Source of the DNA: Azolla caroliniana
Lineage: Eukaryota > Plantae > Polypodiophyta
Reading direction: 5' to 3'
Length of the DNA: 64,000 bases
Assembly (NCBI GenBank): GCA_043228905.1
Contig: JBHGNT010000002.1
Coordinates: 7,998,001-8,062,000 of the forward strand
A model generated the notes under the pieces. That model saw nothing but the letters and a program-made list of their open reading frames with translations, did not search any database and was not told the DNA's origin. This document shows, piece after piece, positions 49,701 to 62,478 of the stretch (positions within the stretch are counted from its first letter, which is position 1; every line of letters begins with the position of its first letter). The position numbers were made by a program, and so were the translations under genes.

Positions 49701-52424
49701 CCAGGACGCAGACTCGTCAAACACAACGTCGCGGCTGACACGTGCTTGTTTGGTGCGAGGGTTATAGCACTTATAACCCTTCTGCTCGTCCGAGTAACCG
49801 ACCAAGATGCATTTCTCGGCCTTTGCATCCAGCTTTCTCCTTTTCTCCTTCGGTACATGCACATACACAATGCTACCGAACACCCTCAAGTGTCGCAAGT
49901 TCGGCTTCGTTCCAAAATATAGCTCGTGCGCCGACACTTTGTCTCCGATCCGGTTCTGGATGTATACCGTGGTCCTTACCACCTCGGCCCAATAGAACTT
50001 GGGAAAGCTCTTCTGCTTCAGCATTGCCCGTGCCGCTTCCACAACTGACCGATTCTTCCTCTTGGCCACGCCGTTCTGCTCTGGCGTGTATCTACAACTG
50101 AATTCGCGCCGAATTCCCATTTGTTGTAGATAACCGTTGAATTGACCGGAAAAGTACTCTTTTCCGCCATCTGACCGCAAACACTTGATCTTTCGTCCCG
50201 TTTCCGTTTCCACGAACCCTTTGAGGTCCCGGAAGCAGTCGAAGACTTCACTCTTCCTCTCGATGAGGTAGATCCACGTGTGTCGCGTGTGGTCGTCGAT
50301 GAAGGAGACGAAATATCGGCTCCCGCCAAGACTAACGTTTTGTGCCGCCCCCCATACATCCGAGTGTATAAGGTCGAGCTTGTTCTGGCTCCGGTTTCGC
50401 TCATTGGGGAAGGGAAGTCGGTGTTGCTTCCCGAGTTGGCAGGCTTCACAAATTTGTGCCTTTCGGCCACTAAATTTGGGCAATCCGAATACTACCTATT
50501 TCGATTGCAGATCTTGAAGCCGTTGGTGGTTGACGTGGCCTATCTGCTTGTGCCACAAGTCGATGTCCGACTCGGTCTTTTGTCCCTTCGCGAACATTGC
50601 GGTGCCGCCGTCAGTGGAATCGAGGATGAACATCCTCCCGTCTCTGCGCCCTTGCGCAATCACACGGCCCTCTTCCTCAATGAAGCACCCGAGGTGTGTA
50701 AACCAAACCTCCATCCCTTGGTCGACGACCTGTCTGACCGAGACCAAGTTCTTCGTGATTGTCGGAACGTGCAACACGTTCATGAGTTTCCCTTTCTGCC
50801 CGACATGGCTAAGGGGAACTTCTCCGACATTCGCGATCGGATGTGGAGTGTCGTCTCCTGTTGCGACTACTCCCGGTTGTATCGGTTTTTCAAGGTACGA
50901 GAATCACTCCTTATGGCTCGTCATGTGGTTTGACGCGCTGGAGTCCACGTACCACACCTCGTCCGATCTCGGGGTGCTCTATTTCATTGAGTTTGCTTCG
51001 TGTCTCGTCACGAAGACAGACCCTCCTCCAGCTCTCTCGGAGTCTTCAGCGTAGTGCGATCGCTGCCGATTTCCCTTGTCGGTATGTCTGGAGCCGTTCT
51101 CGGAACCAGTTCTCTCCGAATCGACGCGCTTCTTCCAGCACTCACTTTCCTTGTGGCCTTTCTTGCCACAGTACCAGCACTCCGCGATGGCCTTCCCTTG
51201 CCGGTTCTCATCGCTTCGACTCCCCCTGTTTCCGGAGGGTCCGGAGTTGCTGTTGGCATCACTTCGGTGCCTTCTTTCTTGATCTCGTCGGCCGCCTCCA
51301 TTGCGTGCCGACTCGCCTTGTCCTCCACGTCCACGGGGCCTATCTCCCTCCATATACAACATTCTATTGTCGGTGTGCGTGCTTGTAGACGCACCCGCGT
51401 GGTTCTCCTCTACCAGGAGCATCGACTGTAAGTCGAAAAAGGACGACGTATTCTCCTGGGTACACACAACCGTTCAGAACGCTCCGAACTTCGACGCCAA
51501 ACCTCCAAGACAAATCTGGACCATCTCGCTCTCCTCGATGTTCACCTCTATGGAGGCGAGGGAGTCGCAGATATCCTTGATCTTCGAGGTATAGTCCGCC
51601 ACCGACAAGTCGCGTTGTCGTAGTTTGCTCAACTCCTGTCGGATCTGAAACTTCTTGGTTGTGGTGCTCGCGGCGAAAATCTTCTTCAGATTTTCCCACG
51701 CACCGTTCGGCGTCTTTGCATCCCGAACATAGCTCAATAGTTGTTCGCCCACACATGACGCGAAGCAGTATAATACCCTGCTCGCCGATTGCTCCCACGA
51801 CGGGAAGTCTTTGTGTGTCGATTCGGGTGCCGCGTCATTAGCTCCTTCGACATAACTCCAGTAGCCGTGCCCGAGCAGGTACTGGTGCATCTTGTAGGAC
51901 CAAGACGCGTAGTTGGTTCTGTCGAGCTTCTCTGTTGGAAGCGAGCTCGCCATGCCTCTATCCATCGTTCTTCTTGTTCTTCTTCGTCAAGCTGTGTCGG
52001 CTGCAGAGAGGTTCTCAACCCTCGCGCTCTGATACCATGTAGAAAGTAACGTGCGGAAGCAAGTATGAAGACCGAACAGAAGGAAGGAAACTTAGGTTTA
52101 ATGGAGAGCTTGAGCTTACACGGTATACGTGGGAGAGACAGAGAGAGAGAATGCAAAAAACTATATTCAATAATAATACTCAGTTTGTACATAAGACGTG
52201 CTCAGTGAGCACTTTTATACAAGTCCTAAAAGGACTGACCGAAGTACTGACAGTACTTCAATGCTCATCAAGAGCTCCTACACTAACTCCCAAATATATT
52301 CCTCACGGAATATCTTTCCTAACGACCTCCCGGTTTATGCACTCGGCCTAACCGATCGGTCCCAACGGAGCCGGTCCTCGGCTTCTTCAGCCGATCCGCC
52401 TGATGTTGAGCTTGTCTCTCAACA
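46759..52424 (-). mobile_element. Full-length Ty1/Copia (second family)
   Basis: LTRs 46759-47144 and 52038-52424, TSD AAAAG, PBS tRNA-Met 52026-52037, PPT 47145-47156. Confidence 0.95.
47139..51965 (-). pseudogene. Copia gag-pol; INT-RT-RH open for 1114 aa but RT YVDD is altered to YAHD; ~170-aa charged C-terminal extension
   Basis: ORFs 51474..51965, 50979..51467, 50496..50783 and 47139..50483. Confidence 0.92.
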
Positions 52425-52563
52425 AAAAGAATAGGGTGGAGCTGATCTAAAGGAGATGTGATAGCAGGACTCTTACTTTCAGCCACGTTGGCAGCAGTAT
52501 CCTCATCTGTTGCAGTGTCATCAGCACCAGACACATCATGTGCCGTCCTTAATCCACAAGATT
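52425..52563 (-). pseudogene. Accessory gene internal exon, 5' half
   Basis: Acceptor TTATTGTAG|AA at 52564/52563; acidic sequence SCGLRTAHDVSGADDTATDEDTAAN. Confidence 0.6.
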
Positions 52564-52577
52564 CTACAATAACATGG

Positions 52578-53265
52578 CAGCTATTTAGGATAGCTAATTA
52601 GCTACTTTACTCAACTATGGTAGTAGCTAGGATAGCTAATCAACTACTTTACTAACTATGGTAGTAGCTAGGATAGCTAATTAGCTACTATGGTAGCTAA
52701 TTAGCTACTTTACTCAACTATGGTAGTAGCTAGGATAGCTAATTAGCTACTTTACTCAACTATGGTAGTAGCTAGGATAGCTAATTAGCTACTTCTCAAC
52801 CATGGTAATAGCTAGGATAGCTAATTAGCTACTTTACAGAACTATGGCAGTAGCTAATTAGCTAGTAGGATAGCTAATTAGCTACTTTACACAACTATGG
52901 TACTAGCTAATTAGCTACTTTACACAACTATGGTACTAGCTAATTAGCTACTTTACAGAACTATGGCAATAGCTAATTAGCTAGTAGGATAGCTAATTAG
53001 CTACTTTACACAACTATGGTACTAGCTAGCTGTCAGTAGCTAATTAGCTGCTAGTAGGATAGCTAATTAGCTAGTAGCTATCTAGCTTCCACTTAGCTAA
53101 TTAACTAATGTAGTAAACTATGGCAGTAGCTAATTAGCTAATAGGATAGCTAATAGCTGCTTTAATCAACTATGGTAGTAGCTAATTAGCTACAACGATA
53201 GCAGCAAAATAGTTTCCATACTTTTTACAACTTAGCTAATTAGAAAAGACTAAGCTTATTAGCTA
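52578..53265. repeat. Second TAGCTAATTAGCTA palindrome array (units up to ~42 bp) inside the accessory-gene intron 53278-52564
   Basis: Unit GCTAGGATAGCTAATTAGCTACTTTACTCAACTATGGTAGTA and shorter variants. Confidence 0.95.
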
Positions 53266-53278
53266 CAATATGGTATAC

Positions 53279-53935
53279 TTGTTAGTTTTCTCCACTCATT
53301 TGGTAGAGCTGTACTACAATCTCCCAAACAGAATGCAGCAATTCGACAGGCATGTTGAAAAAACAAAGCAGATGGTATGTGTGGTTGCATGGTTGTAAGT
53401 GAACCAACAAAGACGCAATTTTGTCCTCCACACCTAACCCGCAAGTGATGCAACGTGCTTGAACTGTCAATAAATCATTTTCTGGTTCTCCTTCATTTGG
53501 TAAGGGAGCAAGAATGTTCAGGTCCAAATCCTGTGTGGTCCTTACCATTCCCTCCACAAAATGTAGCTGCTTCTTATGGCAGCTAACTACCTGTTCTTGA
53601 TGAATGTATTGTTCCTTCAACGCAACAGAGAAATTTACCGATTAATTATTCCTGTTTGAGAAAGATACACCAACTTTGCTCAGGAATCGTTAACTTACTT
53701 GAAGCTTTTCCAAATTGTAATCTGCAACAATATTTACACCTAGAAGGTCCAGGTTCATTGAAAGAACCTGGATCTCTGTTTGCAGTTGTATTTTACGCTA
53801 GGGATCTAGTGACCCCTCTAATTCAAGCTCCTGTTGCGCAACCTATTCCAGATAATTCTTGATTAGCACATTTTCCCCTTAAAGTTATTTATACCACAAT
53901 CACATACTAGCAAAACAATAGTTACCTGAATCTTA
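53279..53935 (-). pseudogene. Accessory gene exons including a RING-H2 zinc finger
   Basis: CITC-x17-CNHTYHLLC then, after a frameshift in a T-run near 53360, FCLGDC. Short GT-AG intron 53925-53843. Other exon edges uncertain. Confidence 0.65.
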
Positions 53936-53940
53936 TTTCT

Positions 53941-56900
53941 TGTTGGGAGACAGGTCCCTCCGGATGGGAAGGAAGAAGAACAGTGCCGATGAATCGGCCG
54001 AGGCCGAAACCGGATGAGGAGTACCCGGCTACGGAGAGCCGGATGGTGCAGGCCTGGTATGAACCGGATGAGGAGTACCCGGCTACGGAGAGCCGGATGG
54101 TACAGACCCGGTGAGAACCGGATGAAGAGACATACTCGTAAATATGTTTCTGAGAGCCCATCGAGGCTACATTTGTAAATAGCCGAAAAGTCATATTAGT
54201 ATAAATATGACTTAGGGCAAACTTTTAGTGACTGTGTGTTGTTGTCATTCTTCCTTGTTGGTGCAAGAAGAAGAGAGAGTGCATAACTGTACAGAGAGAG
54301 AGAGAGAGACGAGGTCGTTGCCTCTGTTGTAACCGCCGCCTGTGGCGAAGATCGTGAGCACGAGGTCGTTGCCTCTGTGGACTCACTGTTTTGTACATTC
54401 TTACATAGTGACAGTTTGCAGCCTGTGGACTGCCGTGGTTTTTCCCCTAGTTTGGGGTTTTCCATGTAAACCTCCTGTGTAGTGTGTGTATATCTTCCTC
54501 TCCTTTGTGTCGTGTTTTATTTCCTGTTTTCTGTGTATCATTCTATGCTCGGTTGTGGCCGAGCGTCGCGCATAAGGAACGTTGGGTTCCCGGCAAGTGG
54601 TATCAAGGCGAAATCGACACAGAAAATGGACGAATCATTTGGTGGCATGTTCAAGCTCACCGGCTCCAACTATTCAGTATGGAAGTCGAAGATGAGGGAC
54701 ATGCTCGTTGTTAAAGACCTCTGGCTGTCGGTTCAGTTTGGGGACAAGAGACCGGACAAAATCGACGCCGCGATATGGGAGGTGATGCACATGAAGACAA
54801 CGACGTACATATGGTGCTTCATCGACATGAGCTTGTACAACAACTTCAATGAAGAGAGCAAGGCTCATGAGCTTTGGGAGAAGATCGGCATAATGTTCCA
54901 AAACAAAAATGATGTTAATCAGGTTTCGGTATTCCGGAAGCTAGTAAGACTCCGGTACCAAGATGGCTCCAGCATGGCGGAGCATATGAATGCCTTCCAG
55001 GGGTTGATACACCAGGCAACGTCATTGGAAGTACCTCTTGCCAATGAGGTCCTAGCGCTACTCCTGCTCGGTTCCCTCCCGGATAGCTGGGAGATGTTGG
55101 TTGTCACTTTGGGCAACGCCGGGCCGGAAGGAAAACGGTTATCCCTAGCAAGAGTAAAGTCGAGCTTGCTAGATGAGGAGGCGCGTCGGAAAGAAAAAGA
55201 TACGAGCTCCGACTCCAAAGCGCTCCTTACCGAATCGGAATGCGGAAGACATAGAAACCGTAGTCCCCAGAACCAGGAGAAGTCGGGGACACGGTCAAAG
55301 TCAAGGGGGAGGCTTACTTGCTTCTATTGCGGCAAGCCGGGACACTTCCAAAAGAACTGTCGGCATTTCGGTAAAGACAAGGAAACCGACGGTACCGATT
55401 CGAAGCAAACCCCGAACCGGAACGGTACAGACCAGAACGGTAAAGAACGGAGGGGGCCGGACCGGAAGGGAACGACGGCAATCGCGGCAAGTGAAGAGGA
55501 GTTAACGCTCATCACCGAGGAGAGTGAGATAAACCTTGGAGGCGACGAGATGACCTGGGTGGTAGACTCCGGAGCGTCATTCCACCTTACCCCGGACCGG
55601 AAATGCTTCTCATCCTATTCAGCCGGTGATCACGGCTGTGTTCGGATGGGGAATGAAGGAACATGCCGAATTGTCGGCATAGGAGACATGTGGCTGACAA
55701 CACCAACCGGATGCAAGTTGTTGCTGAAGGATGTCCAACACGTTCCGGAAGTTCGTCTGAACCTGATATCAGTCGGTCGGCTAGATGATGAAGGCTACAC
55801 GGGTAGCATCCGGAACGGTGTCATGAAGTTCAGCAAAGGGAGCCTAATTGTGGCTCAGGCCCGGAAGGTAAACACACTGTACCTGATGAATGCCCGGTTA
55901 TGTCCGGAAGAAGTGAACGTGGCATCCGACACTGCCGGTGAGCTGTGGCACAAGAGGCTGTGTCATATGAGTGAGAAGGGGATGAAGAGGCTTGCAGACG
56001 ACAACCTCATTCTAGTGAAGAACGTGCACTTAGAGAAGTGCACTGATTGTCTGGCCAGTAAGCAGAACCGGACCTCCTTCCGACTAAGGCCACTGATGAG
56101 ACGTAATGCACCACTGGAGTTGGTGCATACGTATGTGTGTCAGGTAGACACGAAGTCACATGCCGGAGCGCAATACTTCGTGACGTTCATAGATGACCAC
56201 AGCCGGAAGCTGTGGGCCACACCGTTGAAGACGAAGGATCAGGTGTTATCCGTCTTCAAAGAGCTCCACGCGAGAGTGGAAAGAGAAACCGGCTGGAAGC
56301 TGAAGGCGGTTCGAGCCGATAACGGGGGAGAATACCGGGGGCAGTTCGAGGAGTACTGCCGCTCGAAGGGAATCCGGCTCGAATTTATCGTGCCGAAGAC
56401 GCCGGAACTAAACGGACTGGCCGAGAGGATGAACCGGACCATAATGGAGAGGGTCCGGAGTATGCTAGCGCATGCAAAACTACCCAAGAAGTTTTGGGCT
56501 GAGGCACTGTCGACGGCGACATACGTGATAAATAGATCACCCTCAGTACCCTTGGACGGAGACACGCCACAGAGAGTGTGGACCGGTAAGGAAGTATCCT
56601 ACCGGCATCTGAAGGTGTTCGGGTGTCTCGCTTACGTGCATGTAGCTAAGGACCGGAGAGGTAAGTTAGATCCAAAGACCTGACCATGCATATTCGTCGG
56701 TTACGGTGACGATGAGTTCGCCTACCAAGTGTGGGACCTGGTCGACAAGAAGGTATTCCGGAGTCGAGATATTATCTTCATGGAGGACAAGACGCTCGCC
56801 GACTGGGAGTCGGAGAAGAAGATAATGAACTCCGAGTCGACCGGTAAGGATAGACTCTACGATGAGCAGACCCAACCGGCAAGAGACCGGTTAGCACTCG

Positions 56901-59298
56901 AGGAACCAACCGGTTACGGTGAGGATACCAAACCGGCATATGAAGAGGTAGAGGAAGTTGAGACCGGAACCGGCCAAGACTCCGAATCGGATTCGGATGA
57001 AGAGCAAATGGAGGAGCCGGTTACCGAAGCCCGAAGACGGAGATATCCTCTCAGAGAGAGAAGGGCCCCCCGGAGATTTCCGGATGCAGAGCATGTTCTG
57101 CTGACCGATGAGGGGGAGCCGGAAAGCTTCAAAGAAGCGGAGGATGACACCCACAGCCGAAAATGGTTAAGTGCCATGCAGGACGAGATGGATTCCCTGC
57201 ATGAGAACCATACGTACGAATTGGTGGAGCTGCCGAAAGGAAAGCGGGCACTCCGAAACAAGTGGGTGTACAAGTTGAAACCGGGAGATGCCGGCAACCC
57301 CCCGAGATACAAAGCCAGGATCGTGGTGAAGGGGTTCCAGTAGAAGAAGGGCGTGGACTTCGACGAGATATTTGCCCCGGTAGTAAAGATGACGTCCATC
57401 CGGACGGTGCTGAGTATAGCAGCAAGCATGGACCTCGAGGTAGAGCAGTTGGACGTGAAGACGGCATTCCTTCACGGCGACCTCGAAGAGGAGATCTACA
57501 TGCAGCAACCGGAAGGATTTGTGGAGAAAGGGAAGGAGCACCTGGTATGCCGGTTGAAGAAGAGCCTGTACGGATTGAAGTAGGCTCCCCGGCAATGGTA
57601 CCGGAAGTTCGACTCCTTCATGACCGATCAAGGGTACCACAAGACGTAGGCCGATCACTGCGTGTTTGTGAAGAAGTTCGAAGGAGGGGACTTCCTGATA
57701 CTCCTCCTGTACGTGGATGACATGTTGATTGTCAGACGTGACCAAGTCAAAATACGGATGTTGAAGAAGGCTCTAAACCGGACCTTCTCAATGAAAGACT
57801 TGGGTCCGGCAAGACAGATGTTGGGGATGCACATCATCCGTAACCGGAAAGCGAAGCAATTATGGCTGTCACAGGAGAAGTACGTGACAAAGGTGCTTCA
57901 CCGGTTCAACATGTTAGATGCAAAACCGGTCGGATCAACACTTCCGGCAAACTGCAAGCTATCCGGCAAGCAAAGCCCGAAGACGAAAGGAGAGAAGGCA
58001 GATATGATGAAGATTCCATATGCCTCTGCCGTCGGGAGCTTGATGTACGCAATGGTTTGTACCCGACCGGATATTGGATACGCAGTCGGAGTGGTGAGCC
58101 GGTTCATGAGCAATCCCGGCAAGGAGCACTGGAACGCAGTCAAATTGATACTCCGGTACTTGAAGGGCACTTCAAATATGTGTCTACGATTCGGCTCCGG
58201 AAAACCTCAACTGGACGGTTTCACCGATTCGGACATGTCGGCTGATGTGGATACCAGCCGGTGTACATCCGGGTATGTGATGACATATACAGGGGGAGCT
58301 GTTTCGTGGCAGTCGAGGCTGCAGAAGATGGTTGCATTGTCAACCACAGAGGCGGAGTACATGGCGGCTGTGGAAGCCGGCAAGGAAATATTATGGATGA
58401 AGGACTTCATCGGAGAGCTCGGTATCCGGCAAGAGGAATACCGACTCTACTGCGACAGTCAAAGTGCCATCCACCTTGCTAAGAATGCGGCCTACCATTC
58501 CCGGACGAAGCATATCCAGCGGAGGTATCACTGGATCCGGGAAAGAGTAGATGACCAGGAGTTCGCACTGACGAAGATCCACACGGCCGAGAACGGTTCA
58601 GATATGCTGACCAAAGTGCTGACACCCGACAAGTTGGACGCATGCCGGAAGAGGATCGGACTGGTAAGACACCCCATGCTGGAGTGAAGGGGGAGTTTGT
58701 TGGGAGACAGGTCCCTCCGGATGGGAAGGAAGAAAAACAGTGCCGATGAATCGGCCGAGGCCGAAACCGGATGAGGAGTACCCGGCTACGGAGAGCCGGA
58801 TGGTGCAGGCCCGGTATGAACCGGATGAAGAGACATATTCGTAAATATGTTTCGGAGAGCCCATCGAGGCTACATTTGTAAATAGCCGAAAAGTCATATT
58901 AGTATAAATATGACTTAGGGTAAACTTTTAGTGACTGTGTGTTGTCGTCATTCTTCCTTGTTGGTGCAAGAAGAAGAGAGAGTGCATAACTGTACAAAGA
59001 GAGAGAGAGAGACGAGGTCGTTGCCTCTGTTGTAACCGCCGCCTGTGGCGAAGATCGTGAGCACGAGGTCGTTGCCTCTGTGGACTCACTGTTTTGTACA
59101 TTCTTACATAGTGACAGTTTGCAGCCTGTGGACTGCCGTGGTTTTTCCCCTAGTTTGGGGTTTTCCATGTAAACCTCCTGTGTAGTGTGTGTATATCTTC
59201 CTCTCCTTTGTGTCGTGTTTTATTTCCTGTTTTCTGTGTATCATTCTACGCTCGGTTGTGGCCGAGCGTCGCGCATAAGGAACGTTGGGTTCCCGACA
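53941..59298 (+). mobile_element. Full-length Tnt1-like Copia
   Basis: LTRs 53941-54595 and 58698-59298, TSD TTTCT, PBS TGGTATCAAGGC, PPT GAAGGGGGAG. Confidence 0.96.
54626..58687 (+). pseudogene. Copia gag-pol, single frame with four internal stops
   Basis: ORFs 54482..56683, 56729..57343, 57353..57583 and 57662..58687 are all in one frame. Confidence 0.93.
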
Positions 59299-59715
59299 TT
59301 TCTAATCGTTGTAACAACGGAAGTAACTTTGCTCTGCATTGTAGAAGCCATTGTGGCTTTCTCTAAATCAGTCTTAAAAAATGCCAATGTCTCATAGGCT
59401 TCATGGACATTTTTTAGCATATATCTCATAAACCAATGTCTCACCTGTATCATCGACATTGGTTTTCCTTGGGTGTCAGTGTGGTGTATGCCCCTGGTTT
59501 TGCTGGGAGTCGGCAATTGCATCAACAGCTGCCATGCTCCAAAATCTGTCTATTTTTTGTGCCAAGGTTCCCATCTTTCGGCATCTTTTTACCGATGCCT
59601 CACCATAGACTGCCCAAGCTACCCTATACATTTCAAGGTCTCTGGATTCCTTCGCTGTTTTGCAGTACTCATATGCAAATGTTCTAGCAAATGAAACTGA
59701 CAACTCATTGTTGAC
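59299..59715 (-). pseudogene. Upstream coding part of the accessory gene (no recognised domain)
   Basis: MQSKVTSVVTTIR reads across the Copia TSD into NKIQ|GTAAC at 53935-53926. Confidence 0.5.
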
Positions 59716-62478
59716 TGTTATAGGTTTTAGGGTTAATGATGATAATGATGATAATGATAAAGATAGGAATAGGGTTAACAATCATGGTAGATTGATAATG
59801 TATGCGTGATGATGATGGTGAGAGATCATGACGTGTATCAAGAAGCATTGCCCATCGTTGTGATGATGGAGATAAGCATTGTGGAATGGTGGAGATGGTG
59901 AATGGTATGACGGTGAGAGAGAACATGAAGAACAAGACAAGCATTGAGGGGTGGGGGGTGGTGCCTACAATGGCTCCACCCCCCTCCCAAGGGGGTTCAA
60001 CGCTAAGGGGGAGAGAAAGATGTCAAAGAGAGAGAGAGAGAGAGAGAGAAATATGGTTATTGTTGTGTTCATTCATTCCCCATAAGGGGTTAAATAGTAC
60101 AAGAGGGGGTAGATACATAGGGGTGTAAGCCCCCTCGAGCATTCATATTGGACACTCACTCACACCTCTTGGTATCCATCCACATGCACACACGTGTGCA
60201 TGTGTTCACATATGTATAGACTCACAATTACATTTATGCCCCCTACACATACACAACAACATCATGATAACATTCGACCCTCACTCATCACACTTGACTC
60301 TCCGTACATCTCGTACGGGGTAACACAATATGGCACGCCTGTGGGAGAGTGCCTTGCACGTTGATCCCACATGCCTTGATGATGATATTTCTTCGACCAG
60401 GACTTCCATGGGTCCTTTCAACGATCGACTCCCTCGATCGGAGTGCTTGACTCAAACATCTTCGTCGGTCAACGACTCTTCTGCGACACGAACATTCTCG
60501 TTCTGTCGACTTACGAACTTTGGTAACATCATTTGGGTCGTCAGAAAACATTGTATGTATGTGTGTTCTTCTTTGTATCTTGTGAGTCATGTGTGGATCA
60601 CATCCATTTCTTTTAGGTTGATGAGTTTTTGAAATTCCGTTGGTGCCTTTCGGTTTTGAAAATTCTAGTATGTACCCTCATGTTTTTAAAAATTTTGCAC
60701 ATGCCCTTAGGTTTTTTTCGAAATTCCTTGGATGCTTTTTATCCTTCTCTTTTTCTCCCACTCTTTTTTCTGTTTTCTATCTGCTTTTCTCCTCTCTCTC
60801 TCTCTTGGTTTTGTTTCTTCTCATGCTCTTGTCATTCTTGCGGTTCCTTCTTAGCCGTTTGTCTCAGCTTTTAACTTCCTCTTCCTCCTCTTTCTTTCTG
60901 CTTTCGTTTCCCGCTTCTCTTTGCCTTCCTTTCTCTCCTCTCTTCATCTGCTTCTTCTTCCGTATTTGTCTTCTTCTTCCTTTCTCGTTTTTCTCTATCC
61001 TCTGTTCTATGCCTTCTCTTCCTTCTCTTCTATACTCTGCACTTTCTTCTCTGTGTGTTCTAGTTCCTTCTCTGTTTCTGGCGATCCAGCAGTCCGGGTG
61101 TTCGGTTGTTCGTTCTTTCTCTCATTCCAATGTCTCTTCGTCACTATCTCCATTTCTTTGTCTCTATCGGTCTACCGGCCACTCATGACCGTTTGTTGTC
61201 CCCGCTCCTCTATCTGTCGCCTACACTGTCCGGCCCGTCGTTTCAGCGTCAGTTGTCCGGCCATTCCGGCTGCATTTCGGCCACTTCTGTGCATTTTGGC
61301 CGCCCCGACCGTAGACGACTGCTTCCCGGTCGCCGCCTTGTTTTCAGCCACTTCTATCGCCGTCTCTGTCCGGCACTGTCATTTGTCTTCCGGTCCATCC
61401 GTTTGTCCGTCCCGATCCGTTTTAGTCCGTCCGGCCGTTCTTACCGACTATTTCTGGTTATTTCCGCCATTTCTTCGTCGGCTATCCGATCGCCACTGAT
61501 CTGGCCATTGTTCATCCATTGCCACTATCGGGCTACTGTGAGGCTGACGCCACTGTCTTTGTCATGGCCATCCGGTTGCCACCATTGCTTGCCGTTCGGC
61601 CATTGCTCTAGCCGTTGGTTGTCTGGCCACCCCAACCTGGCAGCTCCGGCTGCTTTATTAGGTCGTCGCCATACGGATGATGTTCGACTTCCATCCTGTC
61701 CGGCCGCTCTCTGGCCATTTCGGCTCTCTGGCTCCTGTCCAGCCACTCTCGGCCTATCCGACTGCTCCAACTGTTGTCCGGCCACTTTGGCCGCTCGGAT
61801 TGTTGTCCATCCACTCCGGTCACTTCGGCTGCTATCCGGTCACTCCGGCCACTCTCACCCACTGTCCAACCATTCCAGCCTTTGTCCTTATGTTTTCGTT
61901 CGTTGTTTTTGGCGTTTCTTTCACTTTCTTCATTGCCGTCTCCATCTTTGTTCCATCATTTCCATCTTTGTGGGCCCTGTCTAACCAGTCTCTGGTCGTT
62001 TGTTCGATTCATGTCTCTCGAATCTCGTCCAACCATCGCTGCTTCATTCAAGCGTTGTCTCTATCCAGCCCATCCATGCCCGTTTGGTTTGGTCATCATT
62101 CGGCCCTCCGGTCGTTTGTCTTCCTGGCCATGTCTGACCGGTCATATGTGGATAGAAATGCACTCTCATCTTTGGAAGATACGGCTTGTGATGGTTAGGT
62201 CTCTCTCTCCTTTGCACTTCCATTGCTAACCCATAGATCATAAACTTCTGTTCGTCTTTCTTTTGCGATCAACTACACGCAAATTGTTAACACCATTTCT
62301 CATTCCTCGACTTCGTTTAGTATATCGTGACCACCATTTGCAGCACATCATTGATTTGATTTCTTGCACATTATCTTTACCATTATCGCACATTTCGTCG
62401 TTGTTGTCTCTGCCACGTATTAATCTTCGACTTCGTCTCCAAAGGGGGGTCGCCTTAGTGGTCGCCAAAAGGTGTTAT
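59716..62478 (+). mobile_element. Non-coding LTR element (LARD-like): 5' LTR 59716-~60327, pyrimidine-rich interior, first 6 bp of the 3' LTR
   Basis: LTR end and PBS GGGTAACACAATATGGCACGCC resemble 27065-27086. AAAAGG then TGTTAT at 62473-62478 repeats the LTR start. Confidence 0.7.

Larger units (their letters stand above)
39731..59715 (+). mobile_element. Two-gene Sola2-like DNA transposon, interrupted by two Copias; termini not resolved
   Basis: AT-rich block containing a DDD transposase, a convergent second gene and a shared palindromic repeat throughout. Right side is cut by the LTR at 59716. No TIR/TSD could be identified. Confidence 0.7.

Noticed and set aside
60629-62229. Hydrophobic ORFs as membrane or env proteins
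   Set aside because: F/L/S richness and overlapping open frames follow from C/T skew; no domain motifs.
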